DNA of 64,000 bases from Saccostrea echinata (GCF_033153115.1 NW_026889792.1:2728001-2792000), one strand, 5' to 3'. Positions 26,812-41,097 are shown, numbered from the stretch's first letter. Notes: generated by a model from the sequence alone, not told the origin. Numbers and translations: made by a program.

Positions 26812-27690
26812 TATTTGGAGATAACGAACAGTATTCAAGCTCAATAATCCATTGAAACTGGACAAATCGGGAGCAGAGCAAACACGGACCTCTAAAAGCA
26901 TTAGAGGTAGGATCAGGTGCCATGGAGAAGTAAACATCTCCTGCCGACCGGTCATACCCGCGGTGTGCTCCTTGTCATGATTGGGCAAACGGAAGAATCC
27001 GTAGACAATTCAGTGTCTTTGTTTGTTTATTGTTTAACGTCCCCCTCGAGGAATTTTCAATCATATGGAGATGCCTAATTTATTGTGTAATAATGGCCTA
27101 ACAATTAGTATGAAAAATGTCAGTCAGCATTCGATTTAATGATAGACTGTATTTGCTGACATTGTATCGACCATAGAATTTGCGAAATGTTGACTTTAAG
27201 GGAGACAGTTGATATCATTTTTTCATTAACTTGTTTGTCAATAGTTTGCCTCGCTTTAAAAATTGCTCGTATGTAGAGCAAGTTCTTGCATATCGAATCA
27301 ACTGGCAGACATAAACTCCATATGCTGATGATAAGGGTATATTGCTACATATGTAAGGGAATTTGACAGTAGAAAAGTTATATAATCACGTTTATCATAA
27401 AGTTTTGTTGTTATGTTACCATTAAATTTTTTTTCTAGTAAAATATCCAAATATGAAACAGATGTGTCAGACTCTGTGGTATCTTTTATTTCAAATTCAT
27501 TGGGATATATCGAGTCAACATATAAATGGAAGTAACTATTATTAATTGATAATACGTCGTCGATATATCTAAATGTCTTCTCATGTAGACGTTTTTGAAT
27601 AAATTTTGATTCATATGAATATTTTTAATATCAACTTCGGAGTAATTGTGTGTACAATCAGAATGTTTTTAACGAAATAATTTTGCAATA
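26812..27690 (-). mobile_element. 5'-truncated Penelope-like retroelement with a SINE tail fragment inserted at ~27017-27075
   Basis: Minus strand reads [35 protein letters not shown], followed by the same 3' UTR as the other copies. Confidence 0.85.
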
Positions 27691-29799
27691 GAAAAATGAC
27701 AAGGTAAGTAACTTTACGAGTTCCATTTTTATTGAAAAAGCAACTTTCTATGATGTCAAAAAGCCTGGACTTTAAGTCATATTTTTAAATGCATTCTAAA
27801 ACTCAAGTCTCGTAAACTTATAAACGTATAACGTAATGTTACATTGGAAATTACTTGATTATTTTAATCTTTTCCATCTATTGTGTTTGGTTCATATACA
27901 TTGCATTTACAAAACAATGTTAAAGTGTATTAAGTTATTGAGCAGATGACATTGAAAGAACTCTTTCATTTAATTTCAGGTCTAATAAATAAGACTTTAT
28001 AGAAGTCGTTAACATTTAGGTTTGAAAAGTCTTTGCAACAATTTATCAGAAATGTTCATAAAGATCTGTCTCTTTATTTTGAAGTGGCACATACATTGTT
28101 CTGTGGTTAACTGAATTCTTTGATATGTTTACAAAATCTCCAGATATTGGAAAATAAAGATCATTCAACATTTGGATTTTTCGTTGTTGTTAGAAATACC
28201 ACCTTATGATATTTATATATTAATTCAAATTCTGGGTCATGAAGTCGTCTACAGCAAGTCAGATCAAACAACACTTTAAAAGTTATCAAGAGGTGTGAAA
28301 GTCAGGACTATTTAAATAAAATACTCCTTACACGTGAATTTCAAATGAAAAAAAAAATATTTAAAAGAAAACAAAGCTAAGTTTTAAATGTAAAGTGCAT
28401 AAGATTATTTAATTAAAGTGTATATGGTAATTTTTAAATTTTCTACTGACTATGAGTAAGAGATATTTCTTAGATTTTTTGTATATACGGTGTATATTTT
28501 ATCTATTATCAAAGTTTTCTTTTTAGCCTAAACCCAAAAGGGGATGGGTTTTGGCATATTAATTAAAATACATTCAGAAAAAGCTTTCATTTCAATTTGA
28601 AAACTTTCCACAGAGGAAAATATTAAAAATTAGCTTGTATATTCCTCTGTTGAACTTCATGTTTTGGCCAAACCTTTGAGCCTGATTTGAAAAAAAAATC
28701 CAACTGAACGAAGAAACCTCCGCGTTATCTTGACAAGTATTGCTAGCCTGTTCCTCTTAAGCAGAGAATAAAAATTCATGCATGTAAATACAAAATACCA
28801 CAAATAATGACCAATCCATCGAAATATTGCGCTATCGGATAATCATAATCTAGCCTCCTTTTCTTATCAAAGATTGAAATGGATTTTTAACTGAGTTATC
28901 ATAAATATACTCCACGCGAAAAAGCTTTAATATTAATTCGACTATTTCAGCTTGCTCATCTTGAATTTGTCTAAAATTTGTATTTTCATGTATATTCATA
29001 TAATCCAGCCTCCTTTTCTTATCAAAGATTAAAATGAATTTTGGTCTGAGTATGTATATTTCTATGTAAAACCACGGATTTTGAGCCCATTCTAGTTCGT
29101 GGAAATAGATTGGACAGAAAAACTCGTGACTTGCGACGATGATGATAAACTTGAACTTCTATTGAGCGGAATATAGATTACTTCATGATCACCCTGGAAG
29201 TCCTAAATATACGATATTATGCGCCATGTTATGTTGAAATCCATTGGTTCCGGAGGGGTCAAGAATGTGAAAATTCACATGTCCAGACCACAGACATTTA
29301 GACACCGGACAAACTTTAATAACTCTTTAGTTCAAGTGAGCTTGACGACGAAACAAACATTTATCGTTGGTAAGTGAAGACGAGTGAGATAGAAGGAGAG
29401 AGAGAAAGTATGTGTGTGTGAAAGTGATTTGTTCGAGAGAGAAAAAGAGACAGATAGAGTTGTCCAAACTTCTTGTGATAATGGAGCAGAAAACCATAAA
29501 GGGATCCACAAACACAGTACTTTGCAAGGGTGAACGACGGCACTTTGTAACGGTGAAAGATGCGATTTTATTTCAATATCTGGATTAATTGAAATTTTAT
29601 TAGGTCTTTGTCAAACGCTTAAGGGACAATCATTAAGCCATCGTTATACTTGATTATTGAGTCCTTGAATGATGTATATATTGACTCGGCAGATTCATGC
29701 TATTTTTCTTAATCTTATAAATATTCCTTTTTCCTAGGAGGTATATCTTCGTTAAACCTCCGAAAATAACAGCGTTAAGCAGAGAAATAAATTGATTGC

Positions 29800-30566
29800 G
29801 ATGCAATCCTATTTTTGTATTCATATGAAAGAGAATTTATTCAAAATCATGTATATGAGAAAAAGAAATCAGAACTCGACATTTACATATATCGACGACG
29901 TATTATCAATTAACAATAGTTATTTCCATTCAGATGTCGACACGGTATATCCCAGTGACCTTGAAATATTGAAATAAAAGATACCACAGAGTTTCATATT
30001 TGGATATTTTACTAGAAAAAGACGTTAATGGTAACATAACAACAAAGCTTTATGATAAACGTGATGACTTCAACTTTTCAATCGTCAACTTCCCTTACTT
30101 ATGCAGCAATATACCCTTATCACCTGCATACGGGGTCTCTCAGTTGATTCGATACGCAAGAACATTCCCTACGTATGACAAATTTCTAAAACGAGGTAGG
30201 TTAATGACAAACTAGTTGATGGAACAAGAATATCAACAGTCTCAAGTCATCATTTCTTAAGTTCTATGATCGATACAATGACCTTGTCAGCAAATACAAT
30301 CTATCACTAAGTCATATGCTGACTGATGTTTTTCATACTAATTGTTAGACCATTATTTTCACACTGAATTGTCGACGGATTTTTCCCGATCATGACAAGG
30401 AGCAAACAGCGGTTGTTACCGGTCGGCAGAGGATGCTCACTCTTCCGTGGCACCTGATCCCACGTCTGATGTTTTTTAGAGGGCCGTGTTTGCTCTGCTC
30501 CCGATTTGTATTGATTTAAACTTTTAATGGACTTTGAGCTTGAATACTGTTCGTTATCTCCATATT
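29800..30566 (+). mobile_element. 5'-truncated Penelope-like retroelement, RT C-terminus with no downstream endonuclease
   Basis: ORF pieces TFTYIDDVLSINNSYFHSDVDTVYPSDLEI and LYDKRDDFNFSIVNFPYLCSNIPLSPAYGVSQLIRYAR; the frame ends ..MLTDVFHTNC*, followed by a ~200-nt conserved UTR. Confidence 0.88.
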
Positions 30567-33500
30567 CTATGCACTACACTAAATATGATATAGTATCAAT
30601 AAGTACATGTGCTGCTAGATTCATCTCCTTTTGAATTAAAGATACTAAATCTTTTTTTTTCTTTAAAAAAAAAAGTTAATTTTACACTCTTGGTAACATG
30701 AGTAATCTTATAAAAATCCTAAGTAAACCTTTCACACATTCGTTATTTGTAGTCGTGATTTTTTTAAGTGACAAAATGATCTATGATTGTACTCATACGG
30801 CAATGCTTTGTTTTCGTCGATGGACAATTTAAGACTTGACTTGTTCAACCAACGATATTCGTGAAAAAAGAACAAAGTCTCCAGTCTGTAACCATTTTAT
30901 TGCGTTTTAGCGAAATATACACGATGTATACATAGAAGGAGGTGGGTATTGGAGAAGAAAATACAATACAGCCCCATTTCCAAAAATATTACTTTTGTTA
31001 TTAATGTTCATTTTTCAAGAAGTTGTTTAAAAAGTAAAGCAAATAAAATGGGATAGGACGGGACTCATTTGAGGCACTGTGAACGTCTGCCGTTCCATTT
31101 ATTACATCATATATGACGTGAGTGATATCGTCAAGCTAGTATCTTGGTTTCAGGTTTGTAATTAAAACTGAACTGAATGGGGCCATTTGATCATATAGAT
31201 CATCATTTATTTGATGGGGCTATCGCATCATCGTGCTTTGTTCTTGTCCTTGGAGATCCTCTTTGTTCCGGACGATATCATTGTACCCAGTGTCGCACTG
31301 ATTAACGATCTCTTTTCTGGGCACCGAGCAGCTTAAACGTCATCAGGTTTCAAAATTCATTCCACAAATAAGATTTTTACAAACAGAATTGAAGCCCAAA
31401 ACAGGTACGTCATTGATAATTTATATAGGAAGTGTGCTCAAGTTGGATACTTAAGTATTACATTAATAATCAAACTGTCAATGGAACAATTTTAATAATT
31501 AAGTACACGTTTAATATCTCCTTCCCTGTCAGAAAGCAATGCTTTATTTAATGAATGATCGTCAAGATTGCAAAATTATGAAAAATGATAGAATATTTAA
31601 ATACCTGTTTCATCCTGTCTCATACAAAATTGGAAGAAACATACCTACCACATATACCATAGAATATGGTATACTTAGGAAATGTAGTACAAATGTGAAT
31701 CATTTTACAGAACATTTGTACCTACATAAATATATTTTTATCTTTTCTTTTTTAAATTAGTAACAAGCTCAAGCCATAATAAATATACTTGCCAAGGTTA
31801 CACATAAAATTCTCAATGTTGTCAGAACTGCATTTTTTTTTCAACGTCGACATGATATACAATTTTTGTTGGTTTTATTTATTTGCTTTGCTGTGTTCTT
31901 CAGTTTTAATTGCTATGAAATATGAAGATAATTTTATCTTAGCTAACCATTTTTTTTTAAATGTACAGGAATTTATTTTCTTAGATAACAACCAAATTCT
32001 ATCAATTGAATATTTATAAAAGGAACATTTCTGCGAATTCTCAATGTAAGCAAATATGTATACAACCAGAAAATGAATTGCACTTTACTGAATTTACATT
32101 TTTGCAGGTTATCACTCGAAAAGAAATTACTTTTCTTCCTGGTTATCGTTAAAACTGCTTTGTTAAAAATTATTAATATTATTATTGGTTGTTGTTGTGG
32201 TTTTTTAATTTAAATTCCATTTAGCCATAGATCACATTACTTCAATGATCTCCTTTATTAATTACATCTAAGGAAAATCGCTTTAGAGGATGTAATCACC
32301 AAACACTTTCATTATGGCCGTCACTCCATTGTGTCCGATCAATTAGTCTTCATGTCTTAATGTTGCCGACACCGATTTTTCTTCGAATTTCAATAATATA
32401 GGCATCCAACAGCTTGGTCGACCAAACAATCAATTATAACAGTTGAATTAAATATCACGATGAATAGAATATAGACACTGTGTGTATTTTTTCTTGTATT
32501 TCTATGTACTTACATTCTAAATGTATCTCAATGATAAACATATATTTAACTGTGCATAATTCTCTCTTTTTGGGGAGTTTATTTCGCAGTAAATTATTTT
32601 CTCTATCGTTTATACCAATAACTCTTGTAATTTACTTCTAATCGATCTGAACATTCTTTGAATCCTTTGCGAATATCAAGAGCTTTTGTGAAATTAAAGT
32701 TCTGTTTGTCACAAATGAAACTTAAGAAAGCTATTGATTTCAGGTCTTTGAAACCCAGAATAACTATAATGTATGGTGGCCTTTTGTGATCTTCAGGACA
32801 AATATACGGTTACATCCTCATTGGCGAGAAATTAGTCTCTTTCTATGCTCTTTGAAGGTCTTATAATTTCAGGATACATTTCCAAAAGGACCCGGACTTT
32901 GACATGGAATTTTTCTTGTGCCAAAACGTTAACATACCATAAATAAACTCTGCAAAATTAGAGACAACGCCAGCATGAAGTTTAAGACGAAGCAAATCTG
33001 TCCTTATGAATTTGACTTTCAATTCTAAAAGATTGGAGAGAGAGTTGCTCATTATAATCTTCTGAAATGAGTAACAAACCACATAAATGTGCTTGCTCAA
33101 AACCGAAAGACAAACAATTGAGCGATATAACACAAAAAATAAGCCAAAAAAAAAAAAGGAATCGGGATTGTATAGAAGAAATCATGCGTCCTCCATCATA
33201 CTGGCAGGTAATGATACAAACAATTTGTCCACGTCCAATCTTCTGCCCTTGCACCCTGTTCAAATAACTGCAGGGTGGAGGAACGAAGAGGAACACATTG
33301 GTAGAGAAGAAATTATCCTAATATTAATTGTCCCCACGAAGCTAGATTAATCTCTTAAACAAACTCAATTACAAGGTAATTGTTACGATAATCGATTTAA
33401 ACAATGGATTTATTTCACCGGGGGAGTTTGGAGACTTTGTTCTTTTTTCACGAATATCAAACTTGGTTTTCTGGTTCATTGATGAAAGAAAACGATTAGG

Positions 33501-36156
33501 AACCAACAGTATTTTACAGAGGAAAAAACTGGAATACAATTTTCAAAGCTTATATTGCAAAGTTTTTGTTTTGCCTATTGTTGCTATTGAGTATGATACT
33601 TCTGCATTCAAACATATTTCGCATGTAGTTTTTTTCTTTAATCTTCGACCATGCCTACTGTATTTTTCTATAATTTGAAAAGTTACGTTTACACTACAAT
33701 CTGTTTAGTTTATATTTTAAATGACATTAAAAATGAAGAAAAGGGAACAAAAATATGTATAAATAAACTAGAAACAATGTATTTTTAATTGTACATGAAA
33801 TTATAAGCAATCTGAATTTACCTTGTAAGAAAAATCACTAGTATTAAGTAGTGGCATTATTTATATGTATGTTTATCTCCTTTGTGGCGTTGAGTTAAAG
33901 GAGGGGAGAACTATTTAATCCTACAATACTAATTATTCGAACATGAAATAAACGACTTTAATTAATTTTATTTTGGAATCTAACCAAAAAGAAAAAAGTT
34001 TTGTTTTTTTTTTTAATTTCTACTACAACCATTATCATTCTTAAGCTCACATTGCAAAAAAGTTCGTTTTTCCGTGTTGTTGTTATTAACTACGATTGAT
34101 TCCCGATGATTTTATACAAATCTTCACATATTTGAAAAATATTTCGCATGTACTTATTATAGATTTTTTTTCTTTTATCTTCAACATTCTTACTGCATGC
34201 GAAAGAACGTGTTTTCTATATTTTGCATATAACACTAGCATAAAGTATTTTTTTAAAAAATACTTAAAAGCAAAACAATAAAGAAATAAGGAAAAGAGAA
34301 ACTTATAATATGTAAGTGAATTAGAAGTTTTGCATTTGAAGACTGTATAAAAAAAATATTTATCTGTGCATGAGGCAGACTAAGAAGAAATTAAGTTCAT
34401 TTTAAAGGTTTTCAAATTGAATATCATTTGCAACCGTATGCAGTCTTAGCGTCCTCAGTTTTTTTTTTTAATTCAGATTTACATGTAAAAATAGATTGGA
34501 ATCTTACTGCTGAAAAAGCACTGAAGACTCCGTTCTGCATACAATACTGGCTTCCAGTTCTGGGTATACGAAATTTTTATTTTATCTAAAATGTTTCAAA
34601 TGCCTACCTTCTTTATGTATTCTTGACAGGACAAAGTTTTTGTGAATTAAATAAATCTTTTGAATATTAGTATTTCTCTTAATGGAAGAGTTGTGTGAAA
34701 AGTCTCTGCAAAGTATACGCATGGAGGGGATCGAGGTCGGACAGTCCTATAGGAGTAGCCTAGGGACACTGCATGTCATAACACACGGAACTGAGAAAAT
34801 ACTTCAATGAACATACACATGTATACCATATATACAAAATAATGTTTGAAGTTTTTATCTTAAAAGACAAGTAACCTATTTAAAAGGACCAAAAGACAAA
34901 AAGTATATGTAGAGGTATCCTGAAAACTAAAACTGAATTTAAAAAAAAACACACTATAGTAATCAAAAGAAAGTTGTGTTAAAGTCCAGCCCGAGAGAAG
35001 TTAAGCGGAACCTTTTACGAGCCAAATCTCTATTTTTCTATATTAGATTGTATTTCCAAATAGAGATATCTAAAGTCGACACCGAAACAGATTTCAGATG
35101 CAATCTTAAATTTCTGTCATGTTTTTTTAGGCTACGGACGATTAATCGTAATCCTGAGTATCACTTCATATGGCCTCTTCCGATTGAAACAGCAGTGCTG
35201 TGTCAAAAATGGGCATAAAATCAGAAACTTATTTAATAACCGTTGATGGAGAGCGGACCAATAGCACAAACGGACGATATTGCGTTTGTTTAGTATCCCA
35301 AAATGTTGATCACCAGCAAAACGTCATGGGAAATTTGAATAATTGCAATATTTGTGTTTTTCGTTCTTTTAGAATTAAGCCCTTCCCAAATATAAGATGC
35401 TAAGTGAAGAATTATATTATTACTGCATTTAAGCACAGACGCTAATCTTTAACAGATCTATTTCTGTTTTTCAAAGTATTGCAAAATTCACCAGATATCA
35501 TCAAAAGCTGTATAATCAGAGGTAAAGATTAATCACACAACAAAGTTAGGAAAGAGAGAGAATTGATGTTAGTTTGTCGTCATTCCTCAAACTTTTTAGT
35601 ATCAAATTACAAAGCAGAATAGTGTAAAATAGAAAATTAACATTTAAATAGGCATTTTCTAGCTCTTACTTTCCGCTCAAGCATTAAATACAATCTGAAT
35701 ATAATGTCTGCAATATGTCTAATTCTGCACTTTTTAAAATTGGCAAACATGAAAATATTGATATAACCTTCAGGTTACTATTTTGTGCAAAATCATGATG
35801 TAATGAAAAGAAGGTAATAATGGAAAAACTATACTTTTCCACCGATAGTCATGTGTACACTTAAAATAATAATTTAATTTGAAATTTAAAAAAAAAATAA
35901 ATTTAAAGTTAATCATTTTAAAGACTGAGTTTCTCTTAAATTTGATTTTTTTTCTCTTGTATATATGAAATATTTTTCAAAAATTATACAAATAAAATTT
36001 CTTACATTTTGAATAATCTGTTACTGTTTTTTTTATGCATTATGCTTTGATTTAATAAATCCGTAAACTTTTGAATTTCAAGAAAAATACATTTTTCGTA
36101 GTAATTTTAAAAGTAAGTAAATTTGAAATTCATATTGAAATGAAACACAAACTTAC

Positions 36157-36307
36157 CTTTTAATCCAGATACTCTAATTACTTTTCTTTTTGACTACTGG
36201 TCGATTATATACATAGGCAACACCCTGTTCTCACGCGCACATATGTTATTTTTCTTCAGTATCACTCCCACAGTTTAGTACGACAATCCGGAAACTTATA
36301 CGTCACC
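36157..36307 (-). promoter_or_regulatory. Candidate promoter and non-coding exon 1 of the CCK/SK gene
   Basis: Minus strand shows TGACGTATAAG (CRE-like half site overlapping a TATA-like box, 36295-36305), then ~110 nt ending in a consensus donor AAAG|GTAAGT (exon end 36157). The link to CCK is inferred. Confidence 0.5.
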
Positions 36308-37984
36308 AGTTCGCGAATTTCATTATCCATCGATCGTGTTTGAAGTGTACCAATGGGTTTAGCGTTTAAATTAGTTTGAATATTCCATTTTATCGCGCAT
36401 TTAGTGCCATCAATCATAGGAACAAATTGACGATTTTCTTGAAGAACATTATTACAATCTGGGATCATTGTATCAAGTGATTTCAACAAAGAAAAACATC
36501 AATGGATCTAGAACATTTTGATAATTTAGATCAAACGCGAATATATCAGCTGAGTTTATCAACAGATCTTTAACAGAAAAATGTATGCGATATTGAATGA
36601 ACATGCGTAATTGTCATCACTTTTACATACGGTTTTATTAAAAGAAGCTATCTTTTCGGTTCTATTCATTCGGTTCTATTTTTTACGACGCAAACAATTG
36701 ACATCTTTTATGAAGCAAACAATTAACTTTTTAATATAAAAAATGTTCAGTAAAGAAAGTTGTAAACAAAGCAAATTATTTCATTTTTTACCATCATGAT
36801 AAACAATTTAAGAAGACAGGGACAAAATCCGTCACTCAGGTGAATCTTTTTATTATAAGCGCTATTTAAAAGATTTGTTTTATATTTTTCTCTTCAGGTA
36901 AAACAGTTTCAACACTTTTTTATAAATACATTTATCATTAAGAAATAGATTGAATGGTGCAGAGATTTAATTTCATAGGAAATGAAAAGGTAGAAATGTA
37001 AATAAAAGAAGGAAAATGCAATGCAGTAAAACTCTTTTGAGGGGGGTTAAAATGCCATTTTGGTCAGGAGGTTGAGATATCAGCAGTAGATAGGGGGGGG
37101 GGGGCAAAGATAAATCTGTTACAAGGGGTGTTGAAATGGCAACAGTAAAACTATGATTGGGGTTGGCGAGATGGAGACAGTGTAGTAAAACATTGATTAA
37201 GGGTGTTGAGATGGCGTTCATGCTATAAAACTATGATGAGGGGTTTTGAGATGACGATAGGAAATCTGTGATGAGGAGTGTTGACATGGCGGCATTGCCG
37301 TGCAATAAAACTGTGATGAAGAGTGTCGAGAAAGCGACAGTGTCATGCAGAAAAACTGAACATAACAAAGGTGTTTATTGTCTCATCAAAGTTTTATGCT
37401 TATTGTTTTTGCTTAAGAAATTTTTCAAAATCACTTCTTTGCATCTGTTTTATTCTCTCTGAAATTTTATCATTAGCTAGGGTCTTTAGTCTTTTACATG
37501 TATTAGAACGATATATGAATGAAAAATGGTAAAACGTCGCCAATAATCAAAGGTCACGGGAACAGTTTTTCTCTCAAATAGATTTTTGAATAAATTCTGC
37601 TTAAGGACCCTATACAGTAGAGGAAAATATGTTTTGGACATTGAGAAAATTATAGTGTGTAAAGGTGTAAGTATTGAGCTTATCTATCACATTTTCAACA
37701 TAGGGTGCCTTGCCTTTACCCCCCAGGAAAAATGTTCAAGGACAATGAAGTACTGATGAACATAAATCACTGATGTTTACTTAGTGGGAAAAATACCTGC
37801 AAATGAAGTGTTCTATCTATTCATCTTGGCCTATTAAAGTGTTATGAATCCTTGATTTGATCACGAATTAAGTAATCAACTGTACATTTCAATTTATTTT
37901 ATTCTTGATCAAAGGGCAGATCACTCTATCTGCCTAAAAATGCCACTAAATCAGAACTCTTTAGTGTGCAGTGTATAGAGGGTT

Positions 37985-39055
37985 CTTAATAAGAATATAA
38001 AAACAGGTCGACAGTGCTATGCAGTAAAATTGTGAAGAGGGAGGTTTAGATAGCGACAGTGCAATGCATTGAAATTGTAATGAGACATGTTGGGATGGCG
38101 ACATTTCTATCCAATAAGAATGTGATGAAGACAGTTGAGATTGTGCTATGCAGTTAAACTCTGATGGGGGTGTTGAGATAGCGAACGGTCTCCCATAAAG
38201 TAAAACTATGATGATGGCAGTGATGGCGGTAGTGCCATACAATAAACCTGTGATGAAGGAGTAGAGATGGTGACAGTGTCTTGCAAAAAAATAGTGATGA
38301 AGGAGTAGAGAAGGTGGCAGTGTCCTACAATAAACCTTTGATGAAGGTGTAGAGATAGTGATAGTGCTATATAATAAACGTTTGATGAAGGAGTAGAGAT
38401 GGTGGTAGTGCCAAACAATAAACCTTTGATAAAGGAGTAGAGATGGCGACAGTGTCATACAATAACCTGTGATGAAGGAGTAAAGATGGTGACAGTGCCA
38501 TACGATAAACCTGTGTTGAAGGAGTAGACAGTGCCATACAATAAACCTGTGATGAAGGAGTAGAGATGGTGATAGTGCCATACAAAAACTTGTGATAAAG
38601 GTTTAGAGGTGGTGGTAGTGCCATACAAAAAACAATGTATGAAAGAGTAGAGATAGTGATATTGCCATACAATAAACCTGTGATGAAGGATTAGAGATGG
38701 TGACAGTGTCATACAATAAACCTGTGATGATGGAGTAGAGATGATGACAGTGCCATACAATAAACTATGATGACTGAGTAGAGATGGTGACAGTGTCATA
38801 TACAATTAACCTGTGATGGAGGAGTAGAGATGGTAACAGTGTCATACAATAAACCTGTGATGATGGAGTAGAGATGGTGACAGTGCTACACAATAAACCT
38901 GTGATGATGGAGTAGAGATGGTGACACTGCTATACAATAAACCTGTGATGATGGAGTAGAGATGGTGACACTGCCATACAATAAATCTGTGATGACGGAG
39001 TAGAGATGGTCGCAAGGCCATACAAAAAATCTATGATGAAGGAGTGGTGATGGCA
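37985..39055. repeat. 44-bp minisatellite
   Basis: Unit gccatacaataaacctgtgatgaaggagtagagatggtgacagt, ~20 good copies at 38230-39055 with degenerate copies to the left; a separate degenerate patch lies at ~37015-37370. Confidence 0.92.
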
Positions 39056-39152
39056 AGGTCAATATGAAGAGAATTTTATTATTTAAAAAAAACTTTTTTT
39101 GGAAACGAGCTAAAATATTTAAAAGTTAGAGAATTTATTGCGGGAAAATTAC

Positions 39153-40961
39153 ACAAGAGGCCTAAGGTCCTATAAAAACAATCCATAGAAGATCCATAGA
39201 GTATAAAATAAACTGATAAAAGAAGCTTTTGTAAATTTTTGATCGTCCAATGTGGCCCCACCCTATCCCCAGAGTCATGATTTGAACAAACTTGAATCTA
39301 TACTATCTGAGGATGTTTCCATGTATATATAACCAATCATGGCTTTGCTGTTCTTGAGAAAAGAATTTTTTCAAAGATTTTTCCTACATATCCCAATGTA
39401 AAACTTTCATTGTCCATTGTAGCTCTTCTACCCCTTGGGATCATGATTTAAACAAACTTGAATCTACTCTACCTGAAGATGTTTCCACATTTCATCTATC
39501 TTGGCCCAGTTGTTCTGGAGAAGAAGATTTTTCCAATGTATTTTCATGTAAAACTTTGATCATCTATTTTGGCCCCGCCCTACCCCTGGGGGTCATGATT
39601 GAACAAACTTGAATCTACACTACCTGAGGATGCTTCGATATAAATATGACTCATCATGGCTTTGCTGTTCTTGAGAAGAAGATTTTTAAAGATTTTTCCT
39701 ATATATTTCTATGTAAACTTCGATCTCCTATTGTGGCCCTATCCTATTCCCGGGGGTCGTGATTTTAACAAATTTGAATCTACACTACCTGAGAATGCTT
39801 CCATATAAATATGACCAATCAGGGCTTCCCTATTCCTGAGAAGAAGATGTTTAAAGGCAGAGATTTTTTACCGGGTGGTAAATTCCAGGTGAGGGAGGGG
39901 CTTATTTTGTACAGGTGTGAATGCCCTGAGGGCTAGCAATCTACCTGCGGTCGTTTGTCTCCTAATCCCTATACACAGGAAGTGATTTAATACACAGCAG
40001 AGTACCCAAGAAGTCAAACTTTACCTGTGTTGGGATTTTGAGATGATTTTAAAATAGAAATAAAAAGTTGTAAATAAATTTTAATCTCAATAATTTTTAT
40101 TAATTTGTAATTGAATATGTGTCAATGTATCCCCGCCCATTAAAAAATATTATTATTCAAAGTATTTGTTGAGCTATGAAAAAAAAAGTTATACCAAATT
40201 TTGATATATATTATCGTAAAGAAAATCATAATTATTTCAAATATTAAAGGTGTGTATGTATATATATTATCAAGCTAAAAATTCCATAGTAATACAGCTT
40301 CTCCATTGTTTATACCATGTGTGGTAAATATCAAAGAATCAAAAGTTAATTTGATGAACACCAGGAGTGTCAAACAAGGTGTACAGGGTATACACAGGGA
40401 CTAGTAAGTAAATGTCAATCAAGTTCTAGCACCCAATGATGTACCTTAACGTACTTGATTGACAGGGGTACACAGACCAGGTATTTTTGAAGGCGGTGCT
40501 TAAAATCTCTGCCTTTAAAGATTTTTTCCTATAAATTTCTGTGTAAAACTTTGATCGTCCATTGTGGCCGCACTCTATCCCGGTGGTCATGATTTGAACA
40601 AACTTGAATCTACACTACATCAGGATGCTACCATATAAATATGACTCATCATGGCTTTGCTGTTCTTGAGAAGAAGATTTTTAAAGATTTTTCCTATATA
40701 TTTTTATGTAAAACTCCATTGTGGCCCCACCCTTCCCCTGGGGGTTATGATTTTAACAAACTTGAGTCTACACTACCTGAGGATGTTTCCATATAAGCTT
40801 CATCTTACCTGATACAGTGGTTCTTGAGAAGAAGATTTTTAAAGATGCAATTAATTTTTCATTAATTCTTAATTATCTCCCCTTGGAAGATGGCATTGAC
40901 CCTTCATTTGATCAAACTTGAATCATCTTAACCCAAGGATACTTTGTGGCAAGTTTGGTGG

Positions 40962-40998
<37 letters not shown>

Positions 40999-41097
40999 GT
41001 GAAAAGTTTACGCACGCCGCACACCCGCACGACGCACACACGCACGACGACGGACGAAAACAGATAGCAATAGGTCACCTGACTCAGGTGACCGAAA
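39153..41097 (-). mobile_element. Helentron-like element with ~165-bp satellite array
   Basis: acaagaggcc end, the same monomer as 19447-20695, a cgcac/gac microsatellite and terminal hairpin ggtcacctgactcaggtgacc. Confidence 0.88.
39855..40514. mobile_element. Kolobok-like MITE inserted into a satellite monomer
   Basis: TTAA TSD (39851-39854 and 40515-40518) and 13-bp TIR aggcagagatttt. Confidence 0.88.

Noticed and set aside
32861-33350. Cluster of short overlapping ORFs
   Set aside because: No recognisable domain and no consistent exon chain; likely non-coding.
37961-38805. Overlapping 206-, 116-, 101- and 70-aa minus-strand ORFs
   Set aside because: Translations of the 44-bp minisatellite; repetitive in all frames, with no splice or domain support.
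38230-39055. CRISPR-like or C/D snoRNA array (TGATGA in each unit)
   Set aside because: Units are contiguous with no unique spacers and no consistent CTGA D box; the context is eukaryotic with no cas genes.
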